Positions 62,579 through 64,000 of a DNA stretch of 64,000 nt are shown here, in pieces (position 1 is the first letter of the stretch; every line of letters starts with the position of its first letter). Below the pieces are notes generated by a model. The model ran no database searches. It was not told where the DNA came from and was given only the letters and a program-made list of their open reading frames with translations. This stretch comes from a bacterium (GTDB taxonomy: Bacteria; UBA8248): positions 2,304,001 through 2,368,000 of the forward strand of contig OZ253442.1 in assembly GCA_965261085.1 (NCBI GenBank), read 5' to 3'. Position numbers and translations under genes: made by a program.

Positions 62579-63634
62579 ATGAAAGTGGCTCGCATAGCGG
62601 TGGTGCGTGGGGACGGAATCGCGAACGAGGTGATGCCCGAGGCGGAGGAGACGCTCCGGGCGGCGGCGGAGGCGGCCTCGTTTTCTGTGGAGTTCGAATA
62701 CTTCGACTGGGGAAGCGACCGGTATCTGGAACAGGGCAGGGGTATGCCCGAAGATGGCTGCGATACACTTCGGGCGGGCTTCGACGCCGTGTTTCAAGGC
62801 GCCATCGGCGACCCGAGGGTTCCAGGGTCGATCGTGCAGGAACAAGTGATTTTGGGCGTCCGCTTCGGGTTGGATCTCTACGCCAACATCCGTCCCTGCA
62901 GGCTCTATCATGAGGATTTAACACCACTCAAGAACATGGGGGCGGGGGACATCGACCACGTCGTGGTGCGCGAGAACACCGAGGGCTTGTTCGTGAACGT
63001 GGGCGGTTTTTTCAAGCAGGGCACGAAAGACGAGGTCGCCTTACAAGAAGAGGTGCACACTTATAAGGGGGTGGAGCGCGTCATCCGGGCTTCGTTCGAG
63101 TTTTCGAGACGGCACAAGCGCAGAAAAGTCACTATGGCGGACAAGGCGAGCGGGCTTCGCTACGCCGGGGGGATATGGCGCCGCGTGTTCGATGAAGTGC
63201 GGGCGGATTTCGAAGATATCGAATCAGAAGCCAAACACATCGACGCGGTGGCGATGGAGGTGATTCAACACCCCAGGGAATTCGATGTCATCGTCACCAA
63301 CAATATGTTCGGCGATATTTTGAGTGACATCACCTCCGGCCTCGTGGGCGGTCTGGGCCTTGCGCCTTCTGCGAACGTGAATCTCGAGGGGGTCTCGATG
63401 TTCGAGCCTGTGCACGGCACGGCGCCCGACATCTATGGTCGCGGCATCGCCAACCCGATGGCGGCCATATTGACGGGCGCGCTTTTATTGGATCATCTAG
63501 GCTGCGGGGTGGGTGGAGCCGCCATACGGGGCGCCGTGGAAGAAGCCATCGCCCAGGGGGAGCGCACCACGGATTTGGGAGGCGGGTTGAACACCAAAGA
63601 ATGTGGAGACGCCGTAAGAAATAGATTAAAATAG
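62579..63634 (+). CDS. Isocitrate/isopropylmalate/tartrate dehydrogenase family (LeuB-like) enzyme
   Basis: GDGIANEV, DLYANIRP, VVRENTEG, FDVIVTNNMFGDILSD, MFEPVHGTAPDI.GRGIANP. Confidence 0.92.
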   Translation: MKVARIAVVRGDGIANEVMPEAEETLRAAAEAASFSVEFEYFDWGSDRYLEQGRGMPEDGCDTLRAGFDAVFQGAIGDPRVPGSIVQEQVILGVRFGLDLYANIRPCRLYHEDLTPLKNMGAGDIDHVVVRENTEGLFVNVGGFFKQGTKDEVALQEEVHTYKGVERVIRASFEFSRRHKRRKVTMADKASGLRYAGGIWRRVFDEVRADFEDIESEAKHIDAVAMEVIQHPREFDVIVTNNMFGDILSDITSGLVGGLGLAPSANVNLEGVSMFEPVHGTAPDIYGRGIANPMAAILTGALLLDHLGCGVGGAAIRGAVEEAIAQGERTTDLGGGLNTKECGDAVRNRLK

Positions 63635-63672
63635 AAATACTTATGATGAATTATTAAAGTAGAATATAGGAG

Positions 63673-64000
63673 ATGGAGATGCCGGAAAAATCAGTAGTGG
63701 ATGTCGAAAAAGCGGCTTTTAAGGCCGTGGCGTGGGGGCAGACGAAAATTCTCGTGAGCCCGACCTCAAACGGCTCCGAGCACGTGCGCGTGGGACTCAC
63801 CGAATATGACCCCGCCACCCCCCATGAGCCTCATGCGCACCCCGGACAGGAGGAAGTCATCTGGGTGCTGAGCGGGCGGGGCTACACCGAGACGCATGGC
63901 GAAAAAAAAGACCTCTACCCGGGGGCGGTGGCCTTCATACCCGCAGGGATGGAGCATAAGACCGCGGCGGTCGGCGAGAAAATGCAGGCGATCATTATCA
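63673..64000 (+). CDS. Cupin domain protein, truncated at the window end
   Basis: Translated by hand: ...PHEPHAHPGQEEVIWVLSGRG...PGAVAFIPAGMEH, containing both cupin motifs. AGGAG RBS, no stop inside the window. Confidence 0.85.
   Translation, partial: MEMPEKSVVDVEKAAFKAVAWGQTKILVSPTSNGSEHVRVGLTEYDPATPHEPHAHPGQEEVIWVLSGRGYTETHGEKKDLYPGAVAFIPAGMEHKTAAVGEKMQAIII

Overview
A 64-kb stretch of a gene-dense, moderately GC-rich bacterial chromosome. Gene content (octaheme bc-type cytochrome c, small KPDNIPI membrane peptide, Cys-type CcmE, many SDR/Ldh_2/ABC catabolic genes) is reminiscent of Nitrospinota/Tectomicrobia-like uncultured lineages, but taxonomy cannot be established from this window. 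I found no rRNA, tRNA, CRISPR array or transposase. From left to right: the possible 3' end of an ncRNA with a terminator; an AT-richer DUF4365-like nuclease preceded by an orphan FitA-type RHH gene; a REP-like doublet; a membrane-anchored Mrr-like protein; a polyferredoxin; rel; nfi; an octaheme cytochrome c; an Npt/TLC-HEAT-cNMP fusion; an ATP-grasp/DUF1611/ATP-grasp operon divergent from dppC-A-B plus an HDAC-family deacylase; TetR-degP-copA-copZ; an AhpD/CMD gene with an in-frame UGA in a CxxU motif followed by a SECIS-like hairpin (probable selenoprotein); a DUF3090/SCO1664 pair; a SuyAB/UxaA-like lyase flanked by Ldh_2 dehydrogenases; ADH/SDR/OYE; a Liv-type ABC transporter; a triple-domain Rid protein; a desaturase with a LEA/apolipoprotein-like tail; ilvC; a variant Ccm (System I*-like) operon; a third Ldh_2; a LeuB/tartrate dehydrogenase-family enzyme; and a truncated cupin. 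The best candidates for undescribed biology are the ATP-grasp/DUF1611 + Dpp/HDAC locus, the RHH-nuclease module, the Sec-AhpD, the desaturase fusion, the single-chain Rid pseudo-trimer and the variant Ccm operon. All family assignments come from reading motifs by eye, not from database searches.
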